Assembly: GCA_977016875.1 (NCBI GenBank)
Contig: CDRNST010000141.1
Coordinates: 806,001-870,000 of the forward strand
Reading direction: 5' to 3'
Source of the DNA: Pavona decussata
Lineage: Eukaryota
DNA length: 64,000 nucleotides
The translations under genes were made by a program, and so were the position numbers. Shown piece by piece: positions 1-13,854 of this stretch (position 1 is its first letter; every line of letters starts with the position of its first letter). The notes below the pieces were generated by a model. The model saw only the letters and a list, made by a program, of their open reading frames with translations, was not told the DNA's origin and searched no databases.

Positions 1-3000
1 TAGAATGACTACAGTTCTAAAATTGTTATATTTTGTTTAAAACGCCAATTGTTAAAATTGGTCGTGCAAGCTCATATCAAATTCCAAGTGGCTTTAATAT
101 GCAAATTGGCAATGTTTACACTCCGCTTTCCCAAACACAAATATATAATTCCAAAAACAGAATAATTTGTAAAAGCTTTTTTCAGCCAAAACGTTTATTC
201 AAATAAACAATACATATGTTTTTTAAAGCAAACAACTTGCGATTTTATTGCGTGCGTACAAACACAAAGCGATTGGTTTTGCTGCTGGGTCCAAAAGGGG
301 GAGGGGGGTCCGTGTTTTGTCCTCGCCCCGTTGTTATGGGAGAAAAACAAAAGAACTTGTGATAACTAAGGTTAATGTCGGCCACCATTTGAACGTTGAG
401 CGATCTTGTAATTCATTCGATGGGTAATGATTTAGTTGGTGGGTTTATTTCGTGTTAAAACGTTTGTTTTAAAACTTTATACCAAAGTGTATGAAGGAAT
501 TTTTTTCTCGTGTTGACGAAAATTGGTTGTTTATTTCATCTTCTGACCTACAGAAAAAATACGATTTTGTTTTGTTGATCGCTCAACGTGTAGGTATAAA
601 TTAGTTATTGTTGGCTCAGTCGATGTCGTCGGATGTTTTGTATTTTAAGTTGGCAACTGACAGTTTATCAAATACAAAGTTTTTGCAGGATGCAATTTTG
701 GCACACGGTGTTAAATATTTGTTTCTTGGAACTAAGAACAACTCTTTATTTGGCAACTGATTGGCGAAAACCTTTGTACAAAACAAGCTAGAGAACAATA
801 TAGATATATTTGTGCACATTTTTCGTTCTCCAATTTTCAAATTTAAACAAAGTAAAACAATGAAATTGATATGAAATGTCATGAAATTGTCTTATTTACC
901 GAAAAAACGACACGCTTTTGTGAAGTCCAGCTGATTTAAATGCAAACCACTTTTGAAGTTGCCAAATTATTTCATTTTCACACTTGTGAAACAAAAATAA
1001 ATGTTTTTACGACTAAAAATCCAAACGAAAATAAATTTTGTTTCGAAACTCTGGTGTTGTTGCATCAATGTTTATATCTATTTTTTCTCGAAATGTACGT
1101 TTTTCCAAAAAGAAAAGATTGAAAACATTTCTGTCAATCGGTTGGAAGTTTTTATTGAGTTATTTCAGATTTACCCAAAGGCTGGCATCATAAAAGGCCG
1201 ACATTACTGATTGCTGGGAAAAATATATACGTACATGATAAACTGTCACTGCCTTCTTATAAATATCGACACGTTCGCTGCATCGACTGATAAACTTTTG
1301 TTACACGAGAGAACAGAGGCACTTTCAAGTTCTTGGTTATCAAAGTTTTTTTGCTTATCAAATTCAAGGAACATTCTTATGGTCGTTGATATTACAAAGA
1401 TAATTTTTCGCTTCTCGAATTTTGGCTTATCTTGTCAGGAAAGGTAATTCTTAACGGAATGTTTCACACGTTCTTGCAAGGTGCCCGTGTTCTCTTGTTG
1501 TTGTACAGTTGATAGTTGTCATAAAACTCTGATGTCTGGTGTAAAAAGAAAAGTTGGTTTTAAGGTTGATTAAAAAAGGCTTGTTATACAGACCACAATA
1601 AGAACAGAACTTTTTGACAAAAAAAATTCTGATTATCGAGACCAAACAACATTGAATGTTTCATTTATTGCAAACTTCGAGTGAAAGTTTAGAATAAATT
1701 CATTTGGTGATTTAATTTCTCTGCACCGCTCCCCAACATTTTGATTGTCGTTCGATTTTAAATAGAAGAAACTTATGGGACAATATGATCATTTTTTCAG
1801 CAAAACAGAAGACTTTGGAACCAGTTAATTCATGTTTCAAAATACTTTTTGTCACGCAATTGTCTTCGTCATTGCCGTGTTTTTAAATTATTTTTGAAGA
1901 TTTCGACACGGTTTTGTAGCGCTTGAATTCCTTGAAACAAAACTGTCCTGATTTTTGTCGCAATAATAAATTACAGGAATATACTTTCAATTGTTTGTTC
2001 GTTATCCAACAAATTTCAAGATTTGGAACCAAACCAAAAACCATTTAGGCGGCGTTTCTGTTTTACATATAATTATTTTTCCTATTATTCACTGATAACT
2101 GTGGATCTAAATTGTACGAGAAACTAATTTTTCCTCGGCACATGCTTCTTCAACTTATAAATTGTTCTATGACCAAATACAGTCGATTCAAATGGAACCA
2201 TTATGGACAGTAGAATTTCGTTTTTCAATTTGTTTATAAAAAAAAGACCGAGCAAGACTTACTTGGTCGCGTAATTTCTTCAAACCCAAATATTGTTTCA
2301 TTCTTTCATTCGTTTCAAAAATTATACACCTTGCTTTCGACTAGGTTCTTCTGGTCACTAAGCGCGGGTACTTTTACGTTGATTTTATTTTGTGTTTATT
2401 GTGGTCTGTCTAACAAGCCATGCATTTATTTGATTCGTGTTTCGTTTTGTATTCAAATTTCTGATTTTTAAAATGAAACTTGTTGTCACTTGAAACAATG
2501 GTTTTGTACTAAGAACCAGACACTGGGGTTTTATGATAAACTATTAATTTTAGATTTTATGTTGGAGGAAAAGATCTTTCTTTCTGCAAGCCTGTTCTCG
2601 ATGTAGCACAGTAAACTGATTTATCAATGCACGATCGTGAAGAGCTAAAGCTTAATACTTAAACTCGGCTTGAATTTGATACAAGAAAGAACATGGAGCC
2701 ATACAATTGTCTGTTTTATGGTCTAAATTTTATCACTTGCTCCAAACTTCCAAGCAGCTTTTCTTTTTTTTAAATTATGGCGCAAAATGTTTAGGCCACG
2801 CATTTTCCACTGTGCTACAATGAAAATTGTCTTGAAGAAAAATATCTTGTTATTAAAAGCAACATGGCAAGCTATGCTAAGAATTGATTGGCCTTGACAA
2901 AAAACTATTGCGATACGAGAACTTAAGATTATTTGTTTCCAAAACATTCTGTATCGTAAAAATCTCTTTTTACAGAGAAAATTCTCTAAAGTTAGTTTTA

Positions 3001-3142
3001 GTTTTCATAGCTTGCCATGTTGTTTATAATATCCTCCTTGTATACACCATCTCGCGCAGAAAAATTTAAAGATTAAGAGGGGTTTTTTTTTTTTTTTTTT
3101 ACCATTTCGGTCTTGACGTTTCTGCACGAAAAGGTGTATGTT

Positions 3143-3728
3143 TTTTGGCGGGTTAAAATTTGTAGGGGTAACCCTTGAACTTTATTGGGAACCAAAAATG
3201 TTCAAGGGGTCCCCTGTTAAATTTTTTGTCAAAATTGTTGCCAGGGGAAACGCTGTGCAAATTCACTCAAATTTTCCCGCCAAAAGACTTAGTATATATA
3301 GGAAGAAAAGTTTTGTCACACCATTTAATTAATTAAACGATTTTCACTTAATTAATTAACTGAAGTAGAAGAACTTGTAACAAAAATTAAGACAGATAAT
3401 AAAGACAATGAAAGTGAAATGACTGTTGAAGTTTTATTGTTGTTGCCTTCTAATCAATTATTTTTACATGAAGCTTACAGTAAAATAAACAACACTAAAA
3501 ATAACTATTAAAAATTTTAAAAAAAACCGGCGCATGCGTATTTTAAGGCACCGCATTTTTTCTAAGTTTTTTGGCGGGAAAATTTAAGATTTTCAAACAA
3601 ATGTTAACAACTTGGCATTTTTTTAAAAATTAAAAAAAAAAAAATGGCGCATGCGTATTTAAAGCGCCCGTATTTTTTCTAAGTCTTTTGGCGGGAAAAT
3701 TGGAACGATTTAACCAGGGGTTACCATG
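3143..3728. promoter_or_regulatory. Imperfect palindromic block with four E2F-type motifs (TTTTGGCGGG[AAA]) and duplicated GGCGCATGCGTA motifs
   Basis: Perfect 23-bp inverted repeat 3270-3292 / 3679-3701 (aattttcccgccaaaagacttag); further TTTTGGCGGG copies at ~3143 and ~3569; ~60-bp direct repeat at ~3528 and ~3645; two TTAATTAATTAA palindromes at ~3325-3359. Confidence 0.45.
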
Positions 3729-5147
3729 AGAGAATTGAAAGGAAATTCGACATTAAGTATTCCAATACAAAAATGTGAACAAGTTTTCGCTAACAAATTT
3801 AATGCAGACTTTGCAAAAGAGTAAATAGATTCAAATTTTATAATAATTGCCGAACCATTTTAAGCTGAAATGATACTGATATTACTTGAAAATTGAAATT
3901 TGCAACCAAAAATCATCCGAAGGCTAAACAAAAATTAATTTCTAAGCGACAAGTTGAACTGCAAATGTGATTTCTGCTACTTTTGTTTGCTCTGTTTATA
4001 AGTTGCCTATTTGTAAAATATTTACTCGGCAAAGCTTGCATACGATTGATGAAAACAGCGATAAATATTTGGTACGATTTTGAAACATTTTCAAATCTCA
4101 GAAGGTCAAAACAATGGTAAACAATTTGAATTACCAGGGATTTTCAACATTTTACGAATTCAAGAGAAGCATGCAATATTCGAAAGCAAACTTAACACCG
4201 TGAAAATTCGTCTTTCAGTGGTGATATAGTGCAACACAAATATAACTAACAATTCCAAGTTTGATGACAAAATGGACCTTTGAAATAATCGTAAAAAAAC
4301 AAATCAGTCGATCAAAACTGCCGATAAATTTGAGCTGATAACAGTTGATTGCATGACAATTTTAGCCATGAATTGTTTTCATCACTAAAATGGGGCGAAC
4401 TAACAAAATTTAGACTAAACATACCAATAACCTGCTATTAATAAATATGCTGCTGAGAAATTGTGGATCCTCCGAAAATAGCCTAAAATGGCCAAATGGC
4501 CTAAAATTTCCACTGAGAATTTGTGTTTGAACTCTTAAACAAGGACCCGCACAAAAAAGGGTTAGCTACTCCCACCGCTTCAACGTCACGTTAGCCATGG
4601 CGGACATAGTGAGCAAGTGGAAAGTAAACGTTATTAACTCGATATTTCTAGAAATAAAGCCAAACATGTCTTGAAAAAATAACTTAAGCTGTCAAAAGAA
4701 TATTTTGGACAAAATATATTACAACTGAGCCGCAAAAACAAATTTGCAATACTCTAGTATTATTCACGAGGGAAATACGCATACGATTTTCAAATTTATT
4801 CTATCAATATTCTATTGTATCATGCCGCACGGACCCTGCGATGTTCACAGCTCAGTGTCTACAATGAAATGACTAGCGGTCCGTGTTTAACAGCCTCAAA
4901 TTCTTGTCTAAAAACAGACCAACGGCCTAACAGTTTCCTTGCCGAATCTTGCGTTTGGAAACTGACAAACAAAAGATAATTGTAATGTATTATTGAAAAC
5001 TTTTGACAAAGGTGTGTTCAGTTGTAAACTCAAAACAAATAAGAAATCGACCTAACACTTTACCTACGAAAAAGCGTTTCAGACTCAAAACGTTTACTGA
5101 ATATTGCATGAAAGAATCAAAATGTATTATATTCTGAAAAGAAATAA

Positions 5148-6218
5148 ACGGCCTAGCTTTTCACAGTATAATCATCAGTGTCTGAAGGTTTAAATCCTTA
5201 CAAAACAGTCAACATTTGAACTGAAAACAAACAAATGGCCTTAAGTTTTTTTCAGAGAAATCAATAGTGTCCGAAGCTATAATGTTAACTGAAAATATAT
5301 TACCAAAAGTTGAATTGAATACACAAAAAATGTCAGGAATGTCTGAAGCTTAAATTCTTGAACAAAAAGTTGACGGCCTAGCTTTTCACAGTATAATCAT
5401 CAGTGTCTGAAGGTTTAAATCCTTACAAAACAGTCAACATTTGAACTGAAAACAAACAAATGGCCTTAAGTTTTTTCCAGAGAAATCAATAGTGTCCGAA
5501 GCTATAATGTTAACTGAAAATATATTACCAAAAGTTGAATTGAATACACAAAAAATGTCAGGAATGTCTGAAGCTTAAATTCTTGAACAAAAAGTTGACT
5601 GAGCCAATCCAAATTTTCTTTGAAAGTAGTCAAATGCCCTAACGTTTTCTCCAGAGAAATCAATAGTGTCCGAAGCTATAATCTTAACTGGAAATATATT
5701 AACAAAAGTTAAATTGAATACACGAAAATGCAGGAATGTCTGAAGCTTAAAATTCTCACCAAAATTGACTGAGCCAATCCAAATTTTATTTGAAAGCAGT
5801 CAAATGCCCTAACGTTTTTTCCAGAGAAACCAATAGTGTCCGAAGCTATAATCGTAACTGGAAATATATAAACAAAAGTTGAATTGAATACACAAAAAAT
5901 GTCAGGAATGTATGAAGCTTAAAATTCTCACCAAAATTGACTGAGCCAATCCAAATTTTATTTGAAAGCAGTCAAATGGCCTAACGTTTTTTCCAGAGAA
6001 ATCAATAGTGTCTGAAGCTATAATCTTAACTGAAAATATATTAACAAAAGTTAAATTGAATACACAAAAAATGTAAGGAATATGTGAAGCTTTAAATCCT
6101 TAAACTAACAATTGACTGAGCCAATCCAAATTTTATTTGAAAGCAGTCAAATGGCCTACCGTTTGTTCCAGGGAAATCAGTAGAGTCCGAAGCTATAATC
6201 TTAACTGAAAATATATTA
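5148..6218. repeat. Tandem satellite: two ~225-bp units followed by ~171-175-bp units
   Basis: acggcctagcttttcacagtataatc starts at ~5148 and ~5373; tgactgagccaatccaaatttt recurs at ~5597, 5767, 5938 and 6113. Confidence 0.9.
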
Positions 6219-6420
6219 AGGCCGGTGCCTACTAATACAGAGGTAGTTGCGCAGTTGATCACTGTGGGTTTTAGCAAGGGCTATTGGAATCCAAAAACGA
6301 AAATTGGGGGTAACCACGCATTTTTCAGAGATAATTAAGCAGCAACAATTAAAAAAAAAAAAGAAGTAAAATGTAAAGCGATGTATGGCGTTTTTTTTTT
6401 CAAATTGAAGCTTTATTATC
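6217..6420. mobile_element. Truncated non-autonomous DNA element (MITE-like) ending the satellite
   Basis: Abrupt compositional break at taaggccggtgcctact; contains gggggtaaccacgcatttttcagagataattaagc, which I recall as a dispersed coral repeat (not searched). Confidence 0.5.
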
Positions 6421-8994
6421 TTTATTATTTTACTGAACGCTCACTGAAACAGAATTTAAACTGAACAGAGAAACGGCCTGTTTGAAGCCTCAATTTTTTC
6501 CTCAACACGGAAAAATTACTAGATGTTAATTTTCAGAGAGCGTCTGAAGGTTTAAATCCTTATCATTTGTTGAAAGTTAGTTGAAGCAATCAAACTAATT
6601 TTAATAGAAAACAGGAAATAGTATCTAGAACGTTGGCTAAAACTGACAAACAGTACAAGATTCAGTTCTTGCTGAAGTGTCTCACCACTGAAATTCTTGC
6701 TAAAAACTGACAATTGCCCTCTCAATTTTTTGCAGAAAAGTTGTATCAGCTTCAAAATTTTTTTATACTGGCTGACGAATGGCCTGATGTTGGAAGTCGC
6801 CTTTCATTAACAACCTTTCAAATAATAGAAATGAAGGAAACTGAAAGGGAAAAACATAAAGCCGGACCGTCCACTAAGAAATTGAATGTCTTCACCTTTC
6901 TAAAAATTCCTTCTGAACACTGATAAACAGCGGAACATTTTTATTGAAAAATGTCTGGAATTCAAAATTCTTAATGACAACTATGACAAACAAATGGTCT
7001 AACATTTGCTTAGTGGAAGTTGAAAAGCAAAAAAAAATTAAAGCTAAAGTACCATAATTAGTAAAATTTATAATATAAATTTTTCAGACTATAATTTACA
7101 TTTTTAACTTGATAATGGTGTTACGAAGACGCTGAAACATCATTTTTGATCACTGTTTTTTGCTTGTATTTGTATAAGTAAACCGAAAGTAGAGAACAAA
7201 TACTTTTTTATGAGAAATCATGTCACCCTTAAATATTATTCAACAGAAATTAATAAAAGAAAACTTAAGTGACAAAATGTCTAAAATGGTAATGAAAAGT
7301 GACAAATGGCTCAATGGTGAGTTATAAATTACAATGAAAACAGTCAAAAAATCAAACATCTTTTTACTGAAATGTGTCAATTTTAATTTCTGGCTTAAAA
7401 CTGACAAACACTAGTGGCCTGTCATTCATGATATTTTTTTAATAGCAACCATGGCTCAACGTCAACAGCGTTACTGAAAGCTAAAAATACAAAATATTAA
7501 CTGAAAAAATCAAATGCCTAGTGGAATCCTTGTACAGCTCAAGTTCCTCTGAAAAACAGCAACTTTCAAACTAAAAACATTCGAACTTTTTAACATCCAC
7601 AAACGACCAAAAACATTGAGTTGTAACATTGCCACAAGGTGAATCGGGAAAAAATTTGATACATTGTTTTTTTTTTTTTAACTTATTTGCTTTCATTATT
7701 GTCTTATCCCTTTTCCTTGTTTAGTCATCAATTCTTCTCCTTAAAATTTTTCAAGCTGACTTTTGAGAAAAGCTTAATTTTTCCTAAGATCTCTTCTGAT
7801 TGCATTACCTGTTTTTTAAAAAACTACCCTCTGTTTTTCAAAGATGATTAACTGATATGTACATGTACAATTGGTACAATGTGGCTGGACAATATGCCTG
7901 TTCTTATCAGCAATGATTGAACCTGTTACCCTAGACTAAAACACTAAAACAGATAAGTGGTCAGTTCTTTTCCCTGGGAAATTTCACTTAGACGTCAAAA
8001 TCTTCACTTAACAGCGAAAAAAGATTAACTTTGTACTGAGAAATACTTGCTGCATCTCAACTACAGTCAAAAATTGAAAACTGGTAGACTATTTTAAAAT
8101 TTGGAAACCGCTGTCTCACAAACATGTGACAAAATTATTTTTTTAGAAAAGTGGCCGTGTCTGTTTGATTTATGTTCCCCAAAATTAAGATAACTGAATA
8201 CATGTACCACTTTAACATCTATGCTATTGATGTACCAAATGGTCCAACATTCTTAGCGACCAATTTTTTTGTTTTTATCTACACCTTTCTGAAGTCTTTA
8301 AGAGCCCAATATTTGATCAAGCTGACAATAGTCATTCATGTCGTTGTTGTTGTTGTTGTTGTTGTTTTTTAACTCACAAATGGTTTGGTAATATCGATGA
8401 CAGCTCATACTGTGAATTTCAAAAAAAGGCCAAAATATAGACAGCGAAAAAGACAATTACATCTTCAAGATTTTACTGAAAAATTTGCTATCATTAGTTA
8501 CGAATTATTACAGACAAAAGGCAAATATTGAGAAATCCAATCTCTCTGAGAAAAGAAAAAATTAGCTTGTTTTTAATAAGAATTATGCCAACTAAATGAA
8601 AGTGGTTAGACTACAGAAAAGGTCTCAAATTCAGTGATGAACAAGTTTTCACATTTTTCTTTCTCCATGACAGATTGAGTAAACCTCAAGCCTTAACGGA
8701 AAACTGTGAAGCTGCCATTTTGTTGTACTGCATGCAGGCAAATCTACTTTAACACCAATACCAACTGAATCAGTGAATGAATAATGACTTGACGTTGCTA
8801 CAAAAAAATTGTTTCAAACTCGACATTCTTCCTAAAAAGAGAGAAGTAGCTTTTGAAATCTTCAAGTGATTGATTCAAACTGAAAAGTGAAACTACCGGT
8901 AGTTGTTTCGAGTAACTTTTGGAGTTGGATAGTGAAAAAGAGAAGTATTGATTTCAGTTATCAGCGACGTAAGTTTTGGTTTGTTTGGCTTTAA

Positions 8995-9835
8995 TTATAG
9001 TCTGACTTTAAAAAAGAACTGTTGTTGGTGACATTGACTGACATTTGGACAGACTGAGCGGAAGTCATCATCAGAGTCAAGTAAATTGTGGAATGTCAGT
9101 AGATGGTGTTTAAGCCCCTGGTCACTGATTGGTCAATTAAGTCGTGATGTCAGTGGCTCTTAGAGGGGTTTTTCAATGAGTGTCGTAAAACCCAAACCAA
9201 AGTAGTTATTCCAGCCTGTAAAAACAGAGCTAAACAGTGTAATGAACCAACAGAACTCAAAGCAAATACATGTAACAGGCAACAAAAAGATGTGTGTGAG
9301 GAAGTTACGATTGGTTTGACTTTTGTTTCTCATTGGTTGACAAAGTGGTGAGAGTTTTTGCTAACAATCACAGTAAATGCATAATTGTTTTCAATGCTCA
9401 ATTGAAAAATGTTCTTAAAGCCAAGACAGTGATTGGTCAGTTGTAAGTGTCTTTCCGTTTTTTGTTGGTCTAAATGTCAGTCTGTTGTTAGTCAAATTTA
9501 TCAGTAAGTTAGGTCAGTCTTTTTGTTGGCTTCTCTGTTGATGTGGTTGATAAGCAACGTTAGTAAGGTGGAGATGCCAAGCTGTTGGTATTGGATTCAT
9601 TAAAATTTGTTCTTAGTTGTCAAACTGTCCTCACTTTAGGTAACACGTTCAGCACTCAGTCAATTCTGTGTGCTCGATTTCTGCAGCTCCCTCAGGTCAA
9701 GCCTATTTATTCTGTGGTTGGTTTCTAAATGGGCCTCATCAATATGATCTGTGTCCTCATTATTTTTGGTCCCTTGCTTGTGTTTACCCAGTCATTTGTT
9801 CAAACTTTTGCCTGACTCACCAATCATAGGTGAGT
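8995..9835 (-). mobile_element. Decayed Penelope-like retroelement (GIY-YIG endonuclease end plus pseudo-LTR with degenerate hammerhead core), interrupted by a MITE at ~9161-9418
   Basis: Minus-strand translation near 9700-9830 gives IGESGKSLNK*LGKHKQGTKNNEDTDHIDEAHLETNHRI, matching the PLE YIGETGR..LxEH..HIAEHH..TNHRIDW pattern; minus strand 9035-9075 reads CTGATGA-TGAC...GTC-CAAAT (GAAAC mutated). Confidence 0.7.
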
Positions 9836-9894
9836 TTTGTTCCTAAGCTGGTGATGTATAGTAGTCACAGTGATAATTTTTTGAGTAGCATGCA

Positions 9895-10156
9895 GTGAAA
9901 TTCAAATTAAGATCTGTTTCAGCCCAGGTGAGCTAGGAGCTGATTCAATCACTCCTAGGGCCACTTAGGTGACAATTTGAGGCAAAATGGCGCTATCAAA
10001 GAACATTTAAGCCCACTCTGGGACTTGTTTTAGCCCTTAGGGGTATTTCAGCCCTTGAGATGAAGCTATTGTGACACTAATTTCCAAGTTAGCACTTTAT
10101 TTTACTTACCGAATCGCTCAATTTTGGGGCTAAAACAGATCTCTTGAATTTACATG
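9895..10156. mobile_element. MITE with terminal inverted repeats
   Basis: gtgaaattcaaattaagatctgtttcagccc ... ggggctaaaacagatctcttgaatttaca are imperfect inverted copies. Confidence 0.6.
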
Positions 10157-12050
10157 GATTATGTAAGGTTTACTGTCATACGTTAGTCTCAGAGGTGCCT
10201 TAACATAGGGTCTGGTATTGTCGCTATAAAACTAGGTGTCAAGCTAACATTCGTTCGACAGGATTGTTGTTTCTGCTCGTGCTCAATCTAACCGCAGACA
10301 CTCAGTTGTAACTGTCATTCCTTGAAACATTGTTTTATTTCTGAATTTCGTCCGGTGGGCTGTTAACTGTAGGCAAGTGGTAGGCTAGTTGCACTTGTCT
10401 TATCAAGTATATACAGTGGTTGTTTGTTAGTCCGTTACTAGATGAAATACGATATGTCAGGTTCTTTTGTTGGTGTGTGCTGGCCTAATGTACATTTGTT
10501 GTCGGTAATGAGTTGATCTTAGTTGCTCTCATGTCTTAGTTACTGAAACTTACAATTTCCTTCAATTCAATCTTCGCAACAAAACATATCCAGGTGTTTT
10601 GTCCGCAAGTTACAAGCACAAGCCTAGAAATTCCATGATAACTATGTTTGTTTTGGCAACCGTGGTTTAATACTTTCTGACTAGTTGGAATTGGAATATT
10701 GGTGGAGTGTAATTCACATTTAAGGTGTCAGTCATTTCTACCATATTTAAAAGTTTCATTCATTTCAGAAGTTGTTAGTTTTTGTTTAGGTTCATCGTAA
10801 AACGATCTAGTGTAAATCTTAATAAAAGTACTCAGTGACAGTCCAACAGAACGAGGCTATGGGTCGCATCGATGTATGTAACGTTTGTGCGCTTTCTGCG
10901 GTTGCAGTGAAGGGTTCTCAATTGGTAGCAAGGCTGAATCATTTGTCACCAGTGCCAATCTCCTTCAGTTCATTAGAGAAGTTTACTGTTTTGTTTGCCA
11001 TGAACTGCTTAGTAGCGTCAAGTCTTGTCTAGGCTCTTAATTATACCTTTGGTTGTCGCAAACAAGTGCGTCCAGTTTGTCAGGCAGTCAATGTCACCAA
11101 CGACAGAATCGTAAAATGATTCTGGACAGATGAATGTTCTGTACCTTTATACTCTGTTGACAGAGGTTTGATTGGACAATGCATAGGAAATACAGATTTG
11201 GTTTAGCTGCTTTCATTTTCTACCTGCTATGAATTATCACAAAGCACTGAATTTTGTTTTCTTTGCATCAGGAAACTTGTTATTCATGTGTTGCACTGTA
11301 TCAACCATGGTATTTTGAAATTTATCTTAATTCAGTTGTTTCAGAAAAAAATTGAAGAAAAGCTATAAAGCCAAGTGCGTGGGCGTTCACTTCCAATTTA
11401 TCCCAAATTTGGCGCGAAGTAATTATTTCACAGAATCGCTCTGGACTACACGTAAGCCGCCCAGGATCATAATTTTGCTCACTTTGTGGTCGCTGTTGAA
11501 AGAAAATAACGCCTAGGAACCTAGCCAAAAGGTACCAGATTTGCCCACATAGAGGATGAATGCACGTATAAACCATACTCTAAACTTTACAATCTAGTTA
11601 CTCCAAACCCTAACCCTAACCTCCCCACTAAAAAAGCTTAATGCGCATCATAGTGGTTGTTTGCACTATCCCGTTAAACCTAATGCTAGGCTAAAGACCG
11701 GTTTATCTTCGAAGAAAGTGGCCTATATGTGGATGAATATGGTAGCCTTTAAGCTGCGCTTTTCCTTGAATAATGTTAGTATCTACCTCTACTTCTTGTT
11801 TTATTGATCACCTCTCTTTCTTGCTTGCTTACTTGCTTGATTCCAGTATCTGAATGTTCCTTGTATCCTGAAAAGAATGAAGAAAAGATATGATTAATGC
11901 AATTACACCAGGATATATAGCATGGTGGACGCTTGTGCCTGCCAATACAACTACCCCAATCAATGTTGTAAAATTTTCAAGCCTCAGGCTTACACAATAC
12001 AACCAAAAGGTTGTATGAGTAGGTATAAATCTTTTGGTATTTCCGCTGTA

Positions 12051-12556
12051 ACGCATCAGTCAATTCCAACAGTACCCATCCCCCCCCCCCCCCCCCCAGC
12101 CGGACCGAGCTCCAGGAATTAGGATTTGTGGAAAATAAACTGGCAAATATTCCACAGCCTAGACAAACTAATTGTTCAAATGCCCCAGGGTAGTAGCTCA
12201 AAAATGTTTTATTTTCCTTGTTTCTTGTCTTATTTTCAATAACTTCTCAGCTAATTCAGGTCAAATTTAGTCATAGCTGGCTTTTGTTTCCAGTAGTACA
12301 GTAAAAGTAGGTCATTCTGCAGCTGTAGCCTCCCATTTATGCCCTATCTAGACCTATTCAATAAGAAACTTACTGCATTTGCCGATGAATTGGTCATTAA
12401 AAGAAGCGACAATACTGTAAGGTGAATAAAGTGAGATGGTCAAATGCCCCAGGGGTAATTGGGTGGAAGGCCAATGCCCGACCCCTGGGATGGACAGTGT
12501 GGGAAAATGGCCCACTATTGCCCAGGGGGATGGGCATAGCTGGAATTGGATGCATA
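12051..12556. mobile_element. MITE with ~30-bp TIRs
   Basis: gcatcagtcaattccaacagtacccatccccc at the left; gggggatgggcatagctggaattggatgc at the right. Confidence 0.65.
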
Positions 12557-13306
12557 ATTTCACAGTTGTCAAAGCCAAAAGATTGGACAAAATACCATAA
12601 ACATTTGTCCCTGCGAGTTTATTTCAGCAGGGGTGAGGCAGATCTGAATTTGGTAAATTTATTAATAAATTAATCGTACCACCGTGTCAGATGAGGTTTC
12701 CCGACAGCATCAATTGAAATAGCTGTATACCACAGTCTTCTCCAAAAACGTGGGGTCTAACTTGGGGTAAATCATACAAAATTATTTCACTTGCCCTTCT
12801 TACATATAATCATTTTAAACAAGTTCAAGAATTATTATTTATACCTCAGCTCTGCTTCTTATTTAAAGTGATGATCTTTCTTGCTTGCATGTGCCTTACT
12901 TCCAATCAGGTGCCATGATAGTATCGCTCTGTTTAGAATAAAAAAATAAAACAAGTCAATAAAGTAATGACTGAAATCTATTGTTAAACAGTTTTCAAAA
13001 AAATGCCAGGCAGGGAGAGTGTTTTAGCCAAGCTTATAAATTCATAAAAAGAAGTGACATATTGACCTCATTTCAGACTAGAAAGGCTCCAAGGAGCATG
13101 TTCCATACACGATGGGGGTAGGGGTGTGTAACCAGTCATTGAAGCTTTCACCTGTACTGTTGGTGCTAATAAAACAAATGAAGCCAATTAAAGTGAAACA
13201 ACTCACCTCTTCGAAATACTGTAGGTTGAGATTGATGAGGCCTCGTTGACACTTCCCTTTGCTCGCCCTAGCAGTTACCTGGAGACAGGTAAGCATGTTG
13301 TTAAGA

Positions 13307-13854
13307 TATCGTAAAATCCTTGTTATAAGACCTATACGTCCCCCCCTCCACTTATCCACTTATAACTGAGCTCCCTCAGTTATACATGTGTAAGCCTATC
13401 TATTTGTAAACAAATTTTTTATTCCGGTTATAAGCCCTCACCCTCTGCTTATACACCCATCTTTATGTAAACACCCCTCCCCCCACCCCTACACACACTA
13501 AAAAATGCTGTGGGATTCCTTTATACGAATCCCACTCATAAGCCCCCCACCCCTTAAAGAGGATGTAGAGATGGATGATTCAGACAATGACACTGATGAT
13601 GATGAAGAAGACGAGTTTGAAGTGGAAAGCCTTAATTAACCAAAGTCTGATCTTGTTTTGTTATGTTCCACTTGCAGTTAGAGTTTTGAATTTGGTCTTG
13701 TAGTCAAATAAAGAACCTTTTGGTATCAGCTTGTTTCTGAAATTTTTTTACTCCACCTATAAGCCCCAACCCCCCAACCCCCGAAATATAAACCCACACA
13801 AAACTCCATACAAAATTGTATAAGCCAATGGCTTAAAACCGAGATTTTACAGTA
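13307..13854. mobile_element. Non-autonomous Tc1/pogo-like element
   Basis: TA-flanked imperfect TIRs (tatcgtaaaatccttgttataag / cttaaaaccgagattttacagta); internal acidic coding remnant DDSDNDTDDDEEDEFEVESLN*. Confidence 0.5.

Noticed and set aside
11605-11622. (CCCTAA)n telomere-like motif
   Set aside because: Only about two units, embedded in a dispersed repeat.
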